Of a DNA stretch of 64,000 nucleotides, positions 43,281 through 53,927 are shown piece after piece. The position numbers were made by a program, and so were the translations under genes. Positions within the stretch are counted from its first letter, which is position 1. Each line of letters starts with the position of its first letter. The notes under the pieces were generated by a model. The model was not told the DNA's origin and made no database searches. It saw nothing but the letters and a program-made list of their open reading frames with translations. This stretch comes from Candidatus Sulfobium sp. (GTDB lineage Bacteria > Nitrospirota > Thermodesulfovibrionia > Thermodesulfovibrionales > UBA6898), in contig JARRRI010000013.1 of assembly GCA_037380845.1 (NCBI GenBank), positions 10,315-74,314 of the forward strand, read 5' to 3'.

Positions 43281-43480
43281 TCTATGGATAATAATTTCAC
43301 AAGGCAGTGGATGTCAAGTTATACGCCTGCGGACGCTGAAAGGTGCAATCCTCCTTTGCTTTCTTTATCAAGGGGGGAATTAATACAAACCAACGCCGGG
43401 CTATAATCCAGCCCGGCTTACCGACATCGGGTATAATATGAACGTCCGGAGAAACAGCGGCGGCCGGCCGCATTGAAACC

Positions 43481-44254
43481 ATGAATGCATTCGACACTAT
43501 AAAGATATTGAGAATTAGAGACAGTTCGGCGGAGGAGATAGAGGATGTCGTTGCGGTTGAGAAAAAGGTGAGGATATCAGTGAACGGCAGGCACGCCCTC
43601 AGCCTCTACTGCACGCCCCTGATGGTCCGTGAGTTCGTAGTGGGGGTCATCCATAACGAGGGACTTATAAACGGCGAATGGTGTGCGGAAAGGGTCAGCA
43701 TAGAGTACGACGATGATATTATGGTGGACGTGCCTTCGTCGGGCCGGCTTAGCGAGGGTGAGAGGATCATCACCTCCGGCTGCGCCGGGGGCGTGAGCAT
43801 GGGGGCCGAACCTCCGGGCATTATATCGGATAATACCACCTTTGAAGCCGAAATCGTCAGGAATACCTTTGGGGAGTTCCAGAAGAAATCGGAAGGATAC
43901 AGGGCAACGGGCGGCGTTCACAGCGCGGCCCTGACGGACGGCTTACACATCCTGGCCTTTGCCGAGGACATCGGCAGACATAACGCAGTGGATAAGGTTA
44001 TAGGGTATTGCCTCCTCGAAAATATTCCCTTCCGGGGAAAGATCATGCTTGCCAGCGGAAGGCTGTCTTCGGAGATCGTATCGAAGTGTGCCCGCTGCCG
44101 GATACCCGTGATCGTCAGCAGGGCAGCGCCCACCAGCCTTGCCGTAAAAATAGCGGAATCGTCGGGTTTGACGCTGATCGGTTTCGTGCGCGGCAACAGG
44201 ATGAATGTGTACGCCGGCAAGCATAGGATTATCCTGCCCAAAAACGGCAGTTAA
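43481..44254 (+). CDS. fdhD: Formate dehydrogenase accessory sulfurtransferase FdhD
   Basis: TSGC, TGGVHSAAL, EDIGRHNAVDK, SGRLSSE, APTSLA. Confidence 0.95.
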   Translation: MNAFDTIKILRIRDSSAEEIEDVVAVEKKVRISVNGRHALSLYCTPLMVREFVVGVIHNEGLINGEWCAERVSIEYDDDIMVDVPSSGRLSEGERIITSGCAGGVSMGAEPPGIISDNTTFEAEIVRNTFGEFQKKSEGYRATGGVHSAALTDGLHILAFAEDIGRHNAVDKVIGYCLLENIPFRGKIMLASGRLSSEIVSKCARCRIPVIVSRAAPTSLAVKIAESSGLTLIGFVRGNRMNVYAGKHRIILPKNGS

Positions 44255-44391
44255 GGGAGCCGGCAAGAGCTCTTGCAGGAACAAGAAAGCAGGAAGGCAT
44301 TTTTGCCGCGGATCAATGCGGATGCCAAGGGATTTTTTATCCTTAACCGTATTTATCCGTGTTTATCCGTGTTCAGCGTGACTAAGAAGTT

Positions 44392-45369
44392 TTACAAGTC
44401 CAGGATCTTGCGCCTCAGGATTGTGATCTCGAAGCTGATGGCCGCCATCGTGATGAGGGTGCTGATCCAGTTGAGCCCGGCATCGAGAACGGAGTTGTTT
44501 CCGTTGTCGGCGTAGAGAAGGCCGACGATCTTTTCTCTTATGAGTATCGGAAATACAAGGCAGTCCTGCGGTGTGCCGGAAAGAAGCGCCATGAGAGGCT
44601 CGTTGTCGGAGACCTTCAGAAGAGGTCCCCGGTAATAGTTTTTTCTTCGGATGACATCGGAAAAAACGGAATTCGAACCCAGAGGCAGTTCGGCATTATC
44701 GATATTTATGCCCCTGGACTTCCAGCCCGCCGCCTTGTCACCCTTGATAATGAATATTACGGCCCGCCTCGCGATCTTTTTGGAATGACTCAGGAGGAGC
44801 CCGATGATCTCTTCTTTTCCCTTTGCGTCGGCAAATTCCTCTTTGACCTTTCTCAGCTGTTCCTTCGTTTCATCCCTGGTTGACGCCTTCTCCTCTTCTT
44901 CTTCCTTGCCGAAGATGCTTATATACCTCAGGTCCCTCTCCGCGCCGTAGTATTTTTCCAGGGCATAAAGCAGTCTCAGTTCCGTAATGGCGTGAGGTAC
45001 GATGTCATATCCCGTTATGAACCTGAGTTCGTCGACATGCGCCATCGCCCTGGGGTCCATCATCGCCACGTACAGCCGGTTGCGTTCTTTTCTGAAGGGG
45101 ACCACCTTGTATTTTTCGGCGGTCTCGCTCCCTATACATGAGATCGTTTCGTTATCTACCGAGGCGAGTTGGCCTGTGTCGACGGACGGTACCCTGAAGT
45201 ACCGGCTCAGGAAGGAAAGCAGGTCCTTTTCCGACATGATGCCGAGTTCGACGATATTCGTGCCCAGCCTGCCCCCGAAGATGACCTGCCTTTCCAGCGC
45301 CAGCTTGAGCTGCTCCCTGGTTATCAGGCTCTCTTTTACCAGCGCTTCTCCGAGTTTCAGTACCTTCAT
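44392..45369 (-). CDS. MshEN/GspE N-terminal domain protein with C-terminal GAF-like domain
   Basis: KLGEALV..LITREQL..AL.RQ...GGRLG, VAMMDP; C-terminal VFPILIREKIVGLLYAD. Confidence 0.8.
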   Translation of the reverse strand: MKVLKLGEALVKESLITREQLKLALERQVIFGGRLGTNIVELGIMSEKDLLSFLSRYFRVPSVDTGQLASVDNETISCIGSETAEKYKVVPFRKERNRLYVAMMDPRAMAHVDELRFITGYDIVPHAITELRLLYALEKYYGAERDLRYISIFGKEEEEEKASTRDETKEQLRKVKEEFADAKGKEEIIGLLLSHSKKIARRAVIFIIKGDKAAGWKSRGINIDNAELPLGSNSVFSDVIRRKNYYRGPLLKVSDNEPLMALLSGTPQDCLVFPILIREKIVGLLYADNGNNSVLDAGLNWISTLITMAAISFEITILRRKILDL

Positions 45370-46621
45370 TTCAAGCCGTATTTCTGGAGCCTGTGCCGGA
45401 AGGAGCGAAAAGTGAGGTTCAGAAGTTTTGCCGCTTCGGTCTTAACGCCCTGAGACCTGTCAAGCGCCTTGAGAAGATAGTCTTTCTCGACGTCCTCCAT
45501 AAACCTCTCAAGGTCGAACCCTCCGTCTATGTCGGGCAGACCCCTGAATTCCTCCGGTGTCCCCTTGATCTCTTGAGTTGCAGTGCCTCTGGTGAGACCC
45601 TCTTGGAATTGCCCGAGAATTTGCCCAGGAAATGGTCCAGCAAAAGCGGGATGTCCTGTTTTCTCTCCCGGAGCGGGGGGACGGTGATCGGGATTACGTT
45701 GAGCCGGTAATATAAATCTTCCCTGAAACTGCCGGAGGAGACATGTTCCACGATGTTCCTGTTGGTGGCGCAGATAACCCGCACGTCCACCTTGATGTCC
45801 GTGGTGCCTCCGACCCTTCTGAATGTGCCGTTTTCTATCACCCTCAGCAATTTCGACTGCAGTGCCAGGGGCATCTCCCCGATCTCGTCGAGAAAAAAAC
45901 TTCCGCCGCTCGCTATCTCGAATAACCCCGCCTTGTTGTGAACCGCCCCGGTAAATGAGCCCTTCACATGTCCGAACATCTCTGATTCCAGGAGCCCCTC
46001 CGGGAAAGTGGCGCAATTGATGGTTACAAAGTTCCTGCCACTTCTGGGGCTCAGGTTATGAAGTGCCGAGGCCACGAGCTCCTTCCCCGGTCCGCTCTCT
46101 CCCGTGATAAGCACCGTGGAGCTGCTCTGGGCCACACGGGGGATCAATTTGAAGAGTTCCTGCATTCTGGTGCTTTTGCCGATGATATTTTCCAGCCTGA
46201 AAGACGACTGGAATTTTTCGCGCAGGAGAATGAGTTCGTCGCTTAATCTCTTCTTCTCGAAGGCCTTCCTGACTATGAGTCGTATCTCGTCTATCTTGAA
46301 GGGCTTGTTTATGTAATCGTATGCGCCCTTTTTCATAGCCTCGATCGCCGATTCGGTCGTGCCGAAAGCCGTTACCATGATGACGATCGTTTCCGGATGC
46401 ACCTCTTTTACCAGGTTAAGGACTTCAAAGCCGTCGGCGCCGGGCATCTTGATATCGGTGATTACCAGATCGAAGATATTGTTCCCGATAGCCTCCATGC
46501 CTTGGAGGCCGTCAGGAACTGCCGCTACGTCATAGCCCTCTTCTTCGAGAAGTATCTTAAGTACTTCCCTCATGCTCTTCTCGTCTTCTATGACGAGAAT
46601 TTTCCCCTTGGTGTCTTCCAT
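45366..46621 (-). pseudogene. pilR: Sigma-54 response regulator PilR, with an internal deletion and frameshift
   Basis: Receiver plus AAA+ domain (ESEMFGH.KGSFTGA, FREDLYYRLNV) breaks at about 45575; the HTH (KTEAAKLLNLTFRSFRHRL) is in another frame; the WPGNVREL segment is absent. Confidence 0.8.
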
Positions 46622-48203
46622 TTTCCCTGTGTAGTATAATCTCAAAGACCGTCTTAATTCCAGGATTGCTCTTTACGGTGAGCCGGCCGTTATGTTCCTC
46701 TATGATGCGGTAGGCGATAGAAAGTCCAAGCCCTGTGCCCCCGTCTTTTGTGGTAAAGAAAGGGTAGAAAATTTTTTCCGAACCGGAGGGATTTATTCCG
46801 ACTCCGGTGTCGGAAAAAGCGATCCTGACAAAGTCCGGGCTGCTGCCGGTCGATACCGCCAGTTCACCCCCGTCCTTCATGGCCTCAATGGCGTTTACTC
46901 CGAGGTTCCAGAATACCTGTCTGATCTTCTGAGGGTCGGCGGCGGCGAAGAGAGGGCCGTCGAAATCCTTTTTTATGGTGATGTTGCCCCTGTTTTGTTC
47001 TATGTTTTCAAGGAGTGAAAGAGTTTCGTCAAGAAGCAGGTGGAGGTCGGTATCTTTGAGGTCCGGGGGCCGCGAACTGGAATAGGTCAGAAAGTCCGAT
47101 ATGATGTCGTTCAGCCGCTCCATTTCGTTTACCGCTATACTCATCAGCTGATCCCTGTGTTTCGGGGGGATCCTGTTGTCCCTCAGCATCTCGATCGATC
47201 CCCTCATCGACGCGATCGGATTTCTGATTTCGTGTGCGATATTCGCCGACAACTCTCCTATGGCGGCCCATTTCTCCTTTTCCTTGACCTCGGCTTCGAG
47301 CTGTTTTATCTGGGTCAGATCCTGAAATACGCCGATGAAGCCCGTCTGCCTGCCGCTGAGGTCTTTGACGTCCGTCACCGTTATCCCGATTATCTTGCGG
47401 CCCCTCTTGTCCGACTCCAGTATGCCCTCGCGGCGGCCTTCCAGGAAAGGGAAGGTAAGAAAGGGCATGGCGTTCCCGATTTTCGAACCTATCACCGCCT
47501 CTCTGCGTATGCCGGTGATCTTTTCGGCGGCACGGTTGAAGATGAGGACATCGCCGCCCAGGTCCGTAGTGAACAGGCCGCTGGGCAGGCTTTCTATCAC
47601 CTTGACATTGAAGAATTCGAGGTCTTTGAGGTTCGAGTCTTTTTTCGCAAGTTCCTGTCTTGTCCTTTCGAGACTGGAGGAAAGATATCCGCTGAGGTAG
47701 GCGGTGACATAGAGTGCGAGTATATGGATGAATATATTGTAGAGAAATTCCTTTTCCGGAATCGAAGAATCATAGGGAAGAGGCAGCAGTCTGTAAAACT
47801 GGAGGTCCAGGAGTATCCCGTAAAGGATACTGCTCAGGCTGGCGGTAACGTATCCCGCTTTCTTGTCCAGGATAATGCTGGAAGATAAAACCGTGAGGAT
47901 CAGCATGAACGATAACCAGCTCTCTATCCCCCCCGCAATGTAAATCAGACAGATTTCGGACAGCACGTCGAGGATCAGCTGTACGTAAGTAAAAAGGTGC
48001 AGATTTTTCAGTCTTCCGATCAGAAGAGAGTAAACGATGGTCAGAGAATACTGGGAAATGATGAACAGGGAAATAGCCTTTGGGTGGGCATAAAAATATT
48101 CGACCTTGAAAAGATAAGCCGATCCCAGGAGAAGCGTGACGAAGAAGGCCCTGAAACCTGTCAGGGCCTTCAGCCGCGTAATCAAGACATCCTGTGAGGG
48201 CAT
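46557..48203 (-). CDS. pilS: Sensor histidine kinase PilS
   Basis: Transmembrane N-terminus, PAS domain, AHEIRNP H-box, PFFTTK..GTGLGL; lies between pilC and pilR. Confidence 0.9.
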   Translation of the reverse strand: MPSQDVLITRLKALTGFRAFFVTLLLGSAYLFKVEYFYAHPKAISLFIISQYSLTIVYSLLIGRLKNLHLFTYVQLILDVLSEICLIYIAGGIESWLSFMLILTVLSSSIILDKKAGYVTASLSSILYGILLDLQFYRLLPLPYDSSIPEKEFLYNIFIHILALYVTAYLSGYLSSSLERTRQELAKKDSNLKDLEFFNVKVIESLPSGLFTTDLGGDVLIFNRAAEKITGIRREAVIGSKIGNAMPFLTFPFLEGRREGILESDKRGRKIIGITVTDVKDLSGRQTGFIGVFQDLTQIKQLEAEVKEKEKWAAIGELSANIAHEIRNPIASMRGSIEMLRDNRIPPKHRDQLMSIAVNEMERLNDIISDFLTYSSSRPPDLKDTDLHLLLDETLSLLENIEQNRGNITIKKDFDGPLFAAADPQKIRQVFWNLGVNAIEAMKDGGELAVSTGSSPDFVRIAFSDTGVGINPSGSEKIFYPFFTTKDGGTGLGLSIAYRIIEEHNGRLTVKSNPGIKTVFEIILHRENGRHQGENSRHRRREEHEGST

Positions 48204-48208
48204 TTCCC

Positions 48209-49420
48209 CTAATGGATCAGGGTGATGAGCCTGAAGATCGGAAGATACATCGCCACAACTATGAATCCTACGGAGCCCCCCAGAAAGACCATCAGCATCG
48301 GCTCCATCATAGATGTGAGGTTTGCAACCGCGTTGTCCACCTCATCGTCGTAAAAATCCGCAATCTTGCCGAGCATGGTATCCAGGGCGCCCGTTGATTC
48401 GCCCACGGCTATCATGTGCGTCACCATCGGCGGGAAGACCTTGGTCTTCATCAGGGGTTCCGCCAGGGTCTTGCCTTCCGAGACGGCCGACCGGACGTCC
48501 ATGACAGAGTATTCCACCACCTTGTTGCCCGCGGTCTTTGCAGTGATTTCGAGACCATCAAGTATCGGCACTCCGCTGCCTATCAGGGTGCTCAGGGTAC
48601 GGGTAAACTTTGCTATGGCCACCTTCCTGAGAAGAACGCCGAAAATTGGAAGCTTGAGGAAAATACCGTCGGTAATCGCCCTCCCGCGTTCCGTTTTTCT
48701 GACCTGTGCCAGCCCCACGAAGAACCCGACAATGCATATAAGCAGGATAAGGCCTCCCATGCCGGCGAGAAAATCACTCATCTTCATGACTATTTGTGTC
48801 GGCAGCGGAAGGACCCCTCCCATGCTGGTGAACATTTTTGCAAACGTCGGTACAACGAATATCATTATGATCGCAATGACCAGCACGGCGACGACCGTAA
48901 CCACGATCGGGTAAACCATGGCCCCTTTCACTTTTTTCTTCAGCTTCATCGCCTTCTCGATGTAAGTCGCAAGCCTGTTCAATATGGTGTCGAGTATGCC
49001 TCCCGATTCTCCGGCGGCCACCATATTTGCGTATAGTTCGGTGAAGGCCTTCGGATGCTTTCTCAAAGCATCGGCATATGTCGAGCCCGATTCCACGTCA
49101 GACTTGATCGAAGCCAGAGTCTTCTGCAGGAACTTGTTTTCCACCTGGGTGGACAATATCTCCAGGGCCTGGACCAGCGGCAACCCTGCATCGATCATGG
49201 TTGCGAATTGTCTCGTGAAAATGACGATGTCCTTGTCCTTGACCCCGCCCCCGATGCTCATGTCAAAGAAGGACTTCTTTTCCTTTGCCTTCACAAGGGT
49301 GGCGTTGATATTGCGCCTCCTCAGCTGTGAAATGACCTCTTCTCTTGAGCCAGCGGTTATCTCGCCCGACTCGATATTCCCCCTGGCTGTCTTACCGGAC
49401 CATTCAAAGACAGTTGCCAT
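48209..49420 (-). CDS. pilC: Type IV pilus assembly platform protein PilC
   Basis: FTRQFATMIDAGLPL, GESGGILD, GESTGALD, AMYLPIF. Confidence 0.95.
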   Translation of the reverse strand: MATVFEWSGKTARGNIESGEITAGSREEVISQLRRRNINATLVKAKEKKSFFDMSIGGGVKDKDIVIFTRQFATMIDAGLPLVQALEILSTQVENKFLQKTLASIKSDVESGSTYADALRKHPKAFTELYANMVAAGESGGILDTILNRLATYIEKAMKLKKKVKGAMVYPIVVTVVAVLVIAIIMIFVVPTFAKMFTSMGGVLPLPTQIVMKMSDFLAGMGGLILLICIVGFFVGLAQVRKTERGRAITDGIFLKLPIFGVLLRKVAIAKFTRTLSTLIGSGVPILDGLEITAKTAGNKVVEYSVMDVRSAVSEGKTLAEPLMKTKVFPPMVTHMIAVGESTGALDTMLGKIADFYDDEVDNAVANLTSMMEPMLMVFLGGSVGFIVVAMYLPIFRLITLIH

Positions 49421-49428
49421 TATGTCCT

Positions 49429-50520
49429 TCACCTCCCGCGGCCAGGGGTTGAGCTTGTCAACCTCTGGAGCATTACGATTATTTCATCAGGAACGGCCGA
49501 CCTGGCGACCGCGTCTTCATAGGACAGTAAGCCCTTTAAATAAAGTTCCACCAGGGACTGGTTCATGGTCTGCATCCCGAACTTGGCCTGACCTGTCTGC
49601 ATCATGGAGTAGATCTGATGTATCTTGTCTTCCCTTATGAGGTTTCTGATTGCAGGGGTCGGGACGAGCAGTTCCGAGGCCAGAACACGTCCCTTACCGT
49701 TTTTTCTGGGTATCAGCTGTTGAGCTAAGATCCCCTCCAGGACGAACGACAGCTGGACCCTGATCTGTTCCTGCTGGTGGGGAGGAAACACATCTATGAT
49801 CCTGTTTATCGTCTGGACGGCTGAATTAGTATGCAGTGTCGCCAGAGTGAGGTGGCCGGTTTCCGCGACCGTGAGGGCGGACTCGATCGTCTCCAGGTCC
49901 CTCAATTCTCCGATCAGCACCACGTCCGGGTCCTGCCTCAGCACATACCTCAGGGCAGTTTTGAAAGAAGCCGTGTCGGACGTTACCTCTCTCTGGTTGA
50001 TGAGACATTTCTTGTGGCCGTGCAGGTATTCTATCGGGTCCTCCACGGTGATTATGTGTTCGTACCTCTCGGCGTTTATCTTGTCGATCATCGCGGCCAG
50101 TGTCGTCGATTTGCCGCTGCCGGTGGCGCCGGTGACGAGGATCAGCCCCCTGGGTTTTTTCACGATTTCGCCGATTATTTCAGGCAGCCCCAGTTCGTGA
50201 AAGGTCCTGATTTCGAACGGGATTGTCCTGAACGCGGCCGCTACCGCCCCCCTCTGCATGAAAACATTTCCCCTGAACCTGCTGAGACCCTTCACCCCGA
50301 AAGAAAAATCGAGTTCATTGTTCTCTTCGAAACGGTGCTTCTGGCTGTCCGTCAGTATGCTGTAGCACAGCGACTTTGTCTCGGCAGGAGTCAGGTTCGG
50401 GTAATCCAGGGGGACAAGTTTTCCGTCCACTCTCAGCCTGGGAGGACTGCCGGTAGTGACGTGGAGGTCGGAGGCCCCTTTTTCTATCATGATTTTCAGT
50501 AAATCGTATATGCTTGCCAT
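49429..50520 (-). CDS. pilT: Type IV pilus retraction ATPase PilT
   Basis: ASDLH, GATGSGKST, LRQDPD, AETGHL, GMQTM. Confidence 0.96.
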   Translation of the reverse strand: MASIYDLLKIMIEKGASDLHVTTGSPPRLRVDGKLVPLDYPNLTPAETKSLCYSILTDSQKHRFEENNELDFSFGVKGLSRFRGNVFMQRGAVAAAFRTIPFEIRTFHELGLPEIIGEIVKKPRGLILVTGATGSGKSTTLAAMIDKINAERYEHIITVEDPIEYLHGHKKCLINQREVTSDTASFKTALRYVLRQDPDVVLIGELRDLETIESALTVAETGHLTLATLHTNSAVQTINRIIDVFPPHQQEQIRVQLSFVLEGILAQQLIPRKNGKGRVLASELLVPTPAIRNLIREDKIHQIYSMMQTGQAKFGMQTMNQSLVELYLKGLLSYEDAVARSAVPDEIIVMLQRLTSSTPGRGR

Positions 50521-50531
50521 CAGTTTCTCCT

Positions 50532-52355
50532 TCAGTCGCTGAAAGTCACCCGCATGATCTCTTCCATCGTTGTTATTCCTTCTGCCACCTTCGTAAGCCC
50601 GCTCATCCGCAGCGTCTTCATCCCGAGGCGGATGGCCGCCTTCTTTATCTCGGCGGTGGACGCTCCCTCAAGCACCAGTTCTCTTAATTCATCCTTTATC
50701 GGCATCACCTCATACAGCGCTATCCTTCCCCGGTACCCGGTCCCGTTACAGGACGGACAGCCCCTGCCCTTCAGACATTTTACTGTCCGGGCCTCTTCCT
50801 CGGAAAAACCGATCTTAAGCAGGGCCGGAACGGGAACCTTCTCCTCCTCCTTGCACTTCTCACATATCCGGCGGGCAAGCCGCTGGGCCAGGATGAGAAT
50901 GACAGACGACGAGACAAGAAAAGGCTCAATCCCCATGTTGAGCAGCCTGCTTATGGTGCCCGGCGCATCGTTCGTATGCAGGGTGCTCAGGACGAGATGG
51001 CCGGTCAGAGCTGCCTTGATGCCTATTTCCGCCGTCTCGAAATCACGAATTTCCCCGACCATTATAATGTCGGGGTCTTGCCTGAGAAAGGATCGCAGGG
51101 ATGCGGCGAAGGAAAGGCCGATTTCCTCCCTTACCTGCACCTGGTTGATCCCCATGAAGTTGAATTCCACCGGATCCTCGGCCGTCATGATGTTGGTGTC
51201 CGGCTTGTTGAGGTAGTGGAGCGCAGAGTACAGGGTTGTCGTCTTGCCGCTTCCGGTCGGACCCGTGACGAGCAGCATGCCGTATGGCTTCGTAATGGCC
51301 TCCATGAAATCATCCAGCGCGCTTTGCTCGAACCCCAGCTTTGTCAGGTCTACCTCAAGGTTGGCCTTGTCGAGTATTCTCAGAACGGTCTTCTCCCCGA
51401 ACAGGCAGGGAAGGACCGAAACCCGGAAGTCTATGTCCCTCTTCCTCCCCAGTTTGAGCTTTATCCTGCCGTCCTGGGGAAGCCTCCGCTCGGCGATATC
51501 AAGTTTCGACATTATCTTTATGCGGGATGTCAAAGCCGCTCTTATCTTGGTCGGAAGGTTCATAACGGTGTACAATACGCCGTCAACCCTGTATCTCACC
51601 CTGAGGGAATTCTCATAGGGTTCTATGTGTATATCGCTGGCACCGCTCTTTATCGCGTTCACGAAGATGCCGTTGACCAGTTTCACGATCGGAGCCTCGA
51701 CTTCCTTTACTACCTCTGAGTCTTCCTTTTCTTCCAGCACATCGACGTTGTCAAGGGCGCTCCCCACGATCTTGTCGAATTCTTCAACATTGACGCTGGG
51801 TCCTTCGTCGAAGGAGCCGTCGTCGAACTGGTTCTGCGAAAAATCATCGTCGCCCAAGGTGTAATCTTTCGCCTGGATCGATGCTGCGGGAGCCTCTTCT
51901 TTCGCGACGGGCGCCAGCCCGGCTTCACCGCCGCCCAGGTAATGGCGGCTTATGGCCCCGGCAATCCCGGACTCGCTGGCTACGACAACCTCTACGTTGT
52001 AACCGGTCATGAATTTGATGTCATCGATGGCGAATACGTTTGACGGATCAGCCATGGCGACCGTGAGGGTGGCCCCCACCCGTGCTACCGGCATGATCAG
52101 GTATTTTTTTGCCATATCCGTCGGGATAAGCTTGAGAACCGATTGATCTATATGGTATTCACCGAGGTCGATGGCAGGGACGCCGAACTGCCTGCTCAGA
52201 AATGAGACAAGTTTGTCTTCCGTAACAAATCCGAGCCTGACAAGATTTGATCCGAGCCTCCCGCCTTCTTTTTTCTGAATATTTAATGCCTGTTTCAGTT
52301 GCTCTTCTGAGATAATACTTGAGGCTGTCAGTAACTGACCTAGTTTCACTGCCAT
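50532..52355 (-). CDS. pilB: Type IV pilus assembly ATPase PilB
   Basis: MshEN N-terminus, ASDIHIEP, GPTGSGKT, LRQDPD, zinc-binding CxxC pairs. Confidence 0.96.
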   Translation of the reverse strand: MAVKLGQLLTASSIISEEQLKQALNIQKKEGGRLGSNLVRLGFVTEDKLVSFLSRQFGVPAIDLGEYHIDQSVLKLIPTDMAKKYLIMPVARVGATLTVAMADPSNVFAIDDIKFMTGYNVEVVVASESGIAGAISRHYLGGGEAGLAPVAKEEAPAASIQAKDYTLGDDDFSQNQFDDGSFDEGPSVNVEEFDKIVGSALDNVDVLEEKEDSEVVKEVEAPIVKLVNGIFVNAIKSGASDIHIEPYENSLRVRYRVDGVLYTVMNLPTKIRAALTSRIKIMSKLDIAERRLPQDGRIKLKLGRKRDIDFRVSVLPCLFGEKTVLRILDKANLEVDLTKLGFEQSALDDFMEAITKPYGMLLVTGPTGSGKTTTLYSALHYLNKPDTNIMTAEDPVEFNFMGINQVQVREEIGLSFAASLRSFLRQDPDIIMVGEIRDFETAEIGIKAALTGHLVLSTLHTNDAPGTISRLLNMGIEPFLVSSSVILILAQRLARRICEKCKEEEKVPVPALLKIGFSEEEARTVKCLKGRGCPSCNGTGYRGRIALYEVMPIKDELRELVLEGASTAEIKKAAIRLGMKTLRMSGLTKVAEGITTMEEIMRVTFSD

Positions 52356-52557
52356 ACGTCTAAAATATATGAAATGGTGGCTATTGTCAATAAACGAACA
52401 GGCCCCCAAAAGGCCTTTTCACCAGACCGAATTGTTTCGTCATAGCTGGAAAAAAGGCTGGGACAACGGTGACTTACATGACAGTCCCGGGGGGCAGCCG
52501 GGCCTGTTCGACAGCCGTGTTTTCAAATATGGCGGCGGTATGTAAAATATAAAGACC

Positions 52558-53007
52558 ATGTTGCACACCGAAAAGAAGATGCCATCGACCACGGACCTGG
52601 AACGGGGCGAGAGGCTCCGGGAGGTCCTGGGGCTGCTCTACGAGGCAAACAAGAGGTTCCCCGTTATCGTGGAAGGCAAAAAAGACGCACTTGCCCTTCG
52701 AAAGATCGGTCTGGCAGGCGATATTATCACCCTCCACAGGGGGAAGGGCCTTTATGACTTCTGTGAAGACATCATTGAGCAGTTTGCCAAGGTGATCGTT
52801 CTGACCGACTGGGACGGGGAAGGCGAGGTGCTTAACCGGTCTCTTTCGAGGCATCTGGCAGGCCACTGCGAAGAGTTTTCGGGGTTCAGGGGCATCCTGA
52901 AAATACTCTGCCAGAAGGACATAAAGGACGTGGAAGGGATACCGAAGCTGCTGATACGACTGGAGGGGACGCTGCGGCCTGTGGACGAAGCGGGTACGGC
53001 CGAATGA
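52558..53007 (+). CDS. Stand-alone Toprim domain protein (RNase M5/UPF0292-like)
   Basis: VIVEGKKD..AL, VLTDWDGEGE. Confidence 0.85.
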   Translation: MLHTEKKMPSTTDLERGERLREVLGLLYEANKRFPVIVEGKKDALALRKIGLAGDIITLHRGKGLYDFCEDIIEQFAKVIVLTDWDGEGEVLNRSLSRHLAGHCEEFSGFRGILKILCQKDIKDVEGIPKLLIRLEGTLRPVDEAGTAE

Positions 53008-53351
53008 ATGCGGTCGGCAGAGAAGGGGAGGAGATCGCTCTGGCGTTCTTCAGGGACAGGGGATATCGTATACTGGAGAAGAATTATCGGACCGTTTTCG
53101 GGGAGATCGACATTATAGCCAGGGATCGGGATGTCCTTGTCTTCATAGAAGTGAAGGCGCGGACCGATGATGCATTCGGCTCACCTTTCGAGGCGGTGCA
53201 CAAGAAGAAAAGAGAGAAGATCAGAAAAGTCGCGCTATGTTTCATGAAGAAGCTCAGGAAAGAGGTTCCTGCGAGGTTCGACGTTCTGAGCATAGAGAGG
53301 TCGCGGACCGGGCACAGTATCGAGCATATAAAGGATGCCTTCGAGGTCTAG
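53004..53351 (+). CDS. yraN: YraN family protein (UPF0102)
   Basis: G..GE..A, GEIDIIA, FIEVKAR, RFDV, HIKDAF. Confidence 0.93.
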   Translation: MNAVGREGEEIALAFFRDRGYRILEKNYRTVFGEIDIIARDRDVLVFIEVKARTDDAFGSPFEAVHKKKREKIRKVALCFMKKLRKEVPARFDVLSIERSRTGHSIEHIKDAFEV

Positions 53352-53402
53352 CCCGGCCTGCCGGGGATGTTCGCCTCCGGGATCTGCCGCCCGAAAATAT
53401 TT

Positions 53403-53642
53403 TCAGGACTCTGGTTTTATTGAAGCCTTTTGTCTGACAGGTTCTTTTTCCGTTCTGCCTGAGTATTTAAGCATTTCGGTCGAAGATCGATTTCCCAATG
53501 CCAGTTGAGGTTGCTGTCCTGATGCGTCCTTAGCCTGCGCAAATACGTGAGGAGTATTATGAGTTATCTGAGGACCTGCACAACCGAAGAAGCCAAAGCC
53601 AACCAGGAGAAAAACGCTCGATAGTTTAATTTTTATGAACAT
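53403..53642 (-). CDS. Small putative lipoprotein
   Basis: Signal peptide ending FFGC; AAGGGGG RBS. Confidence 0.5.
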   Translation of the reverse strand: MFIKIKLSSVFLLVGFGFFGCAGPQITHNTPHVFAQAKDASGQQPQLALGNRSSTEMLKYSGRTEKEPVRQKASIKPES

Positions 53643-53844
53643 GTTGCCCCCTTTTATCTTTGACTTGAATAATTATTCCCGTCTGTCGAGAGCCAGCTGA
53701 ATATATCATTATTCCCTTGAAATATCAAGGCCCCTCTTTTTTATTCCGCAGGCGGGAGAATGCAGTTGGCTGTTGCCTTATATTAAAATCGACACGAAAT
53801 GATATTGTCAGCGGTATTTCAAATGTGTTATTTTATAGAACCTT

Positions 53845-53920
<76 letters not shown>

Positions 53921-53927
53921 AATTCTT

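Noticed and set aside
46557..46621. pilS C-terminal overlap into pilR as a frameshift
   Set aside because: The kinase domain is complete; a short overlapping tail is unremarkable
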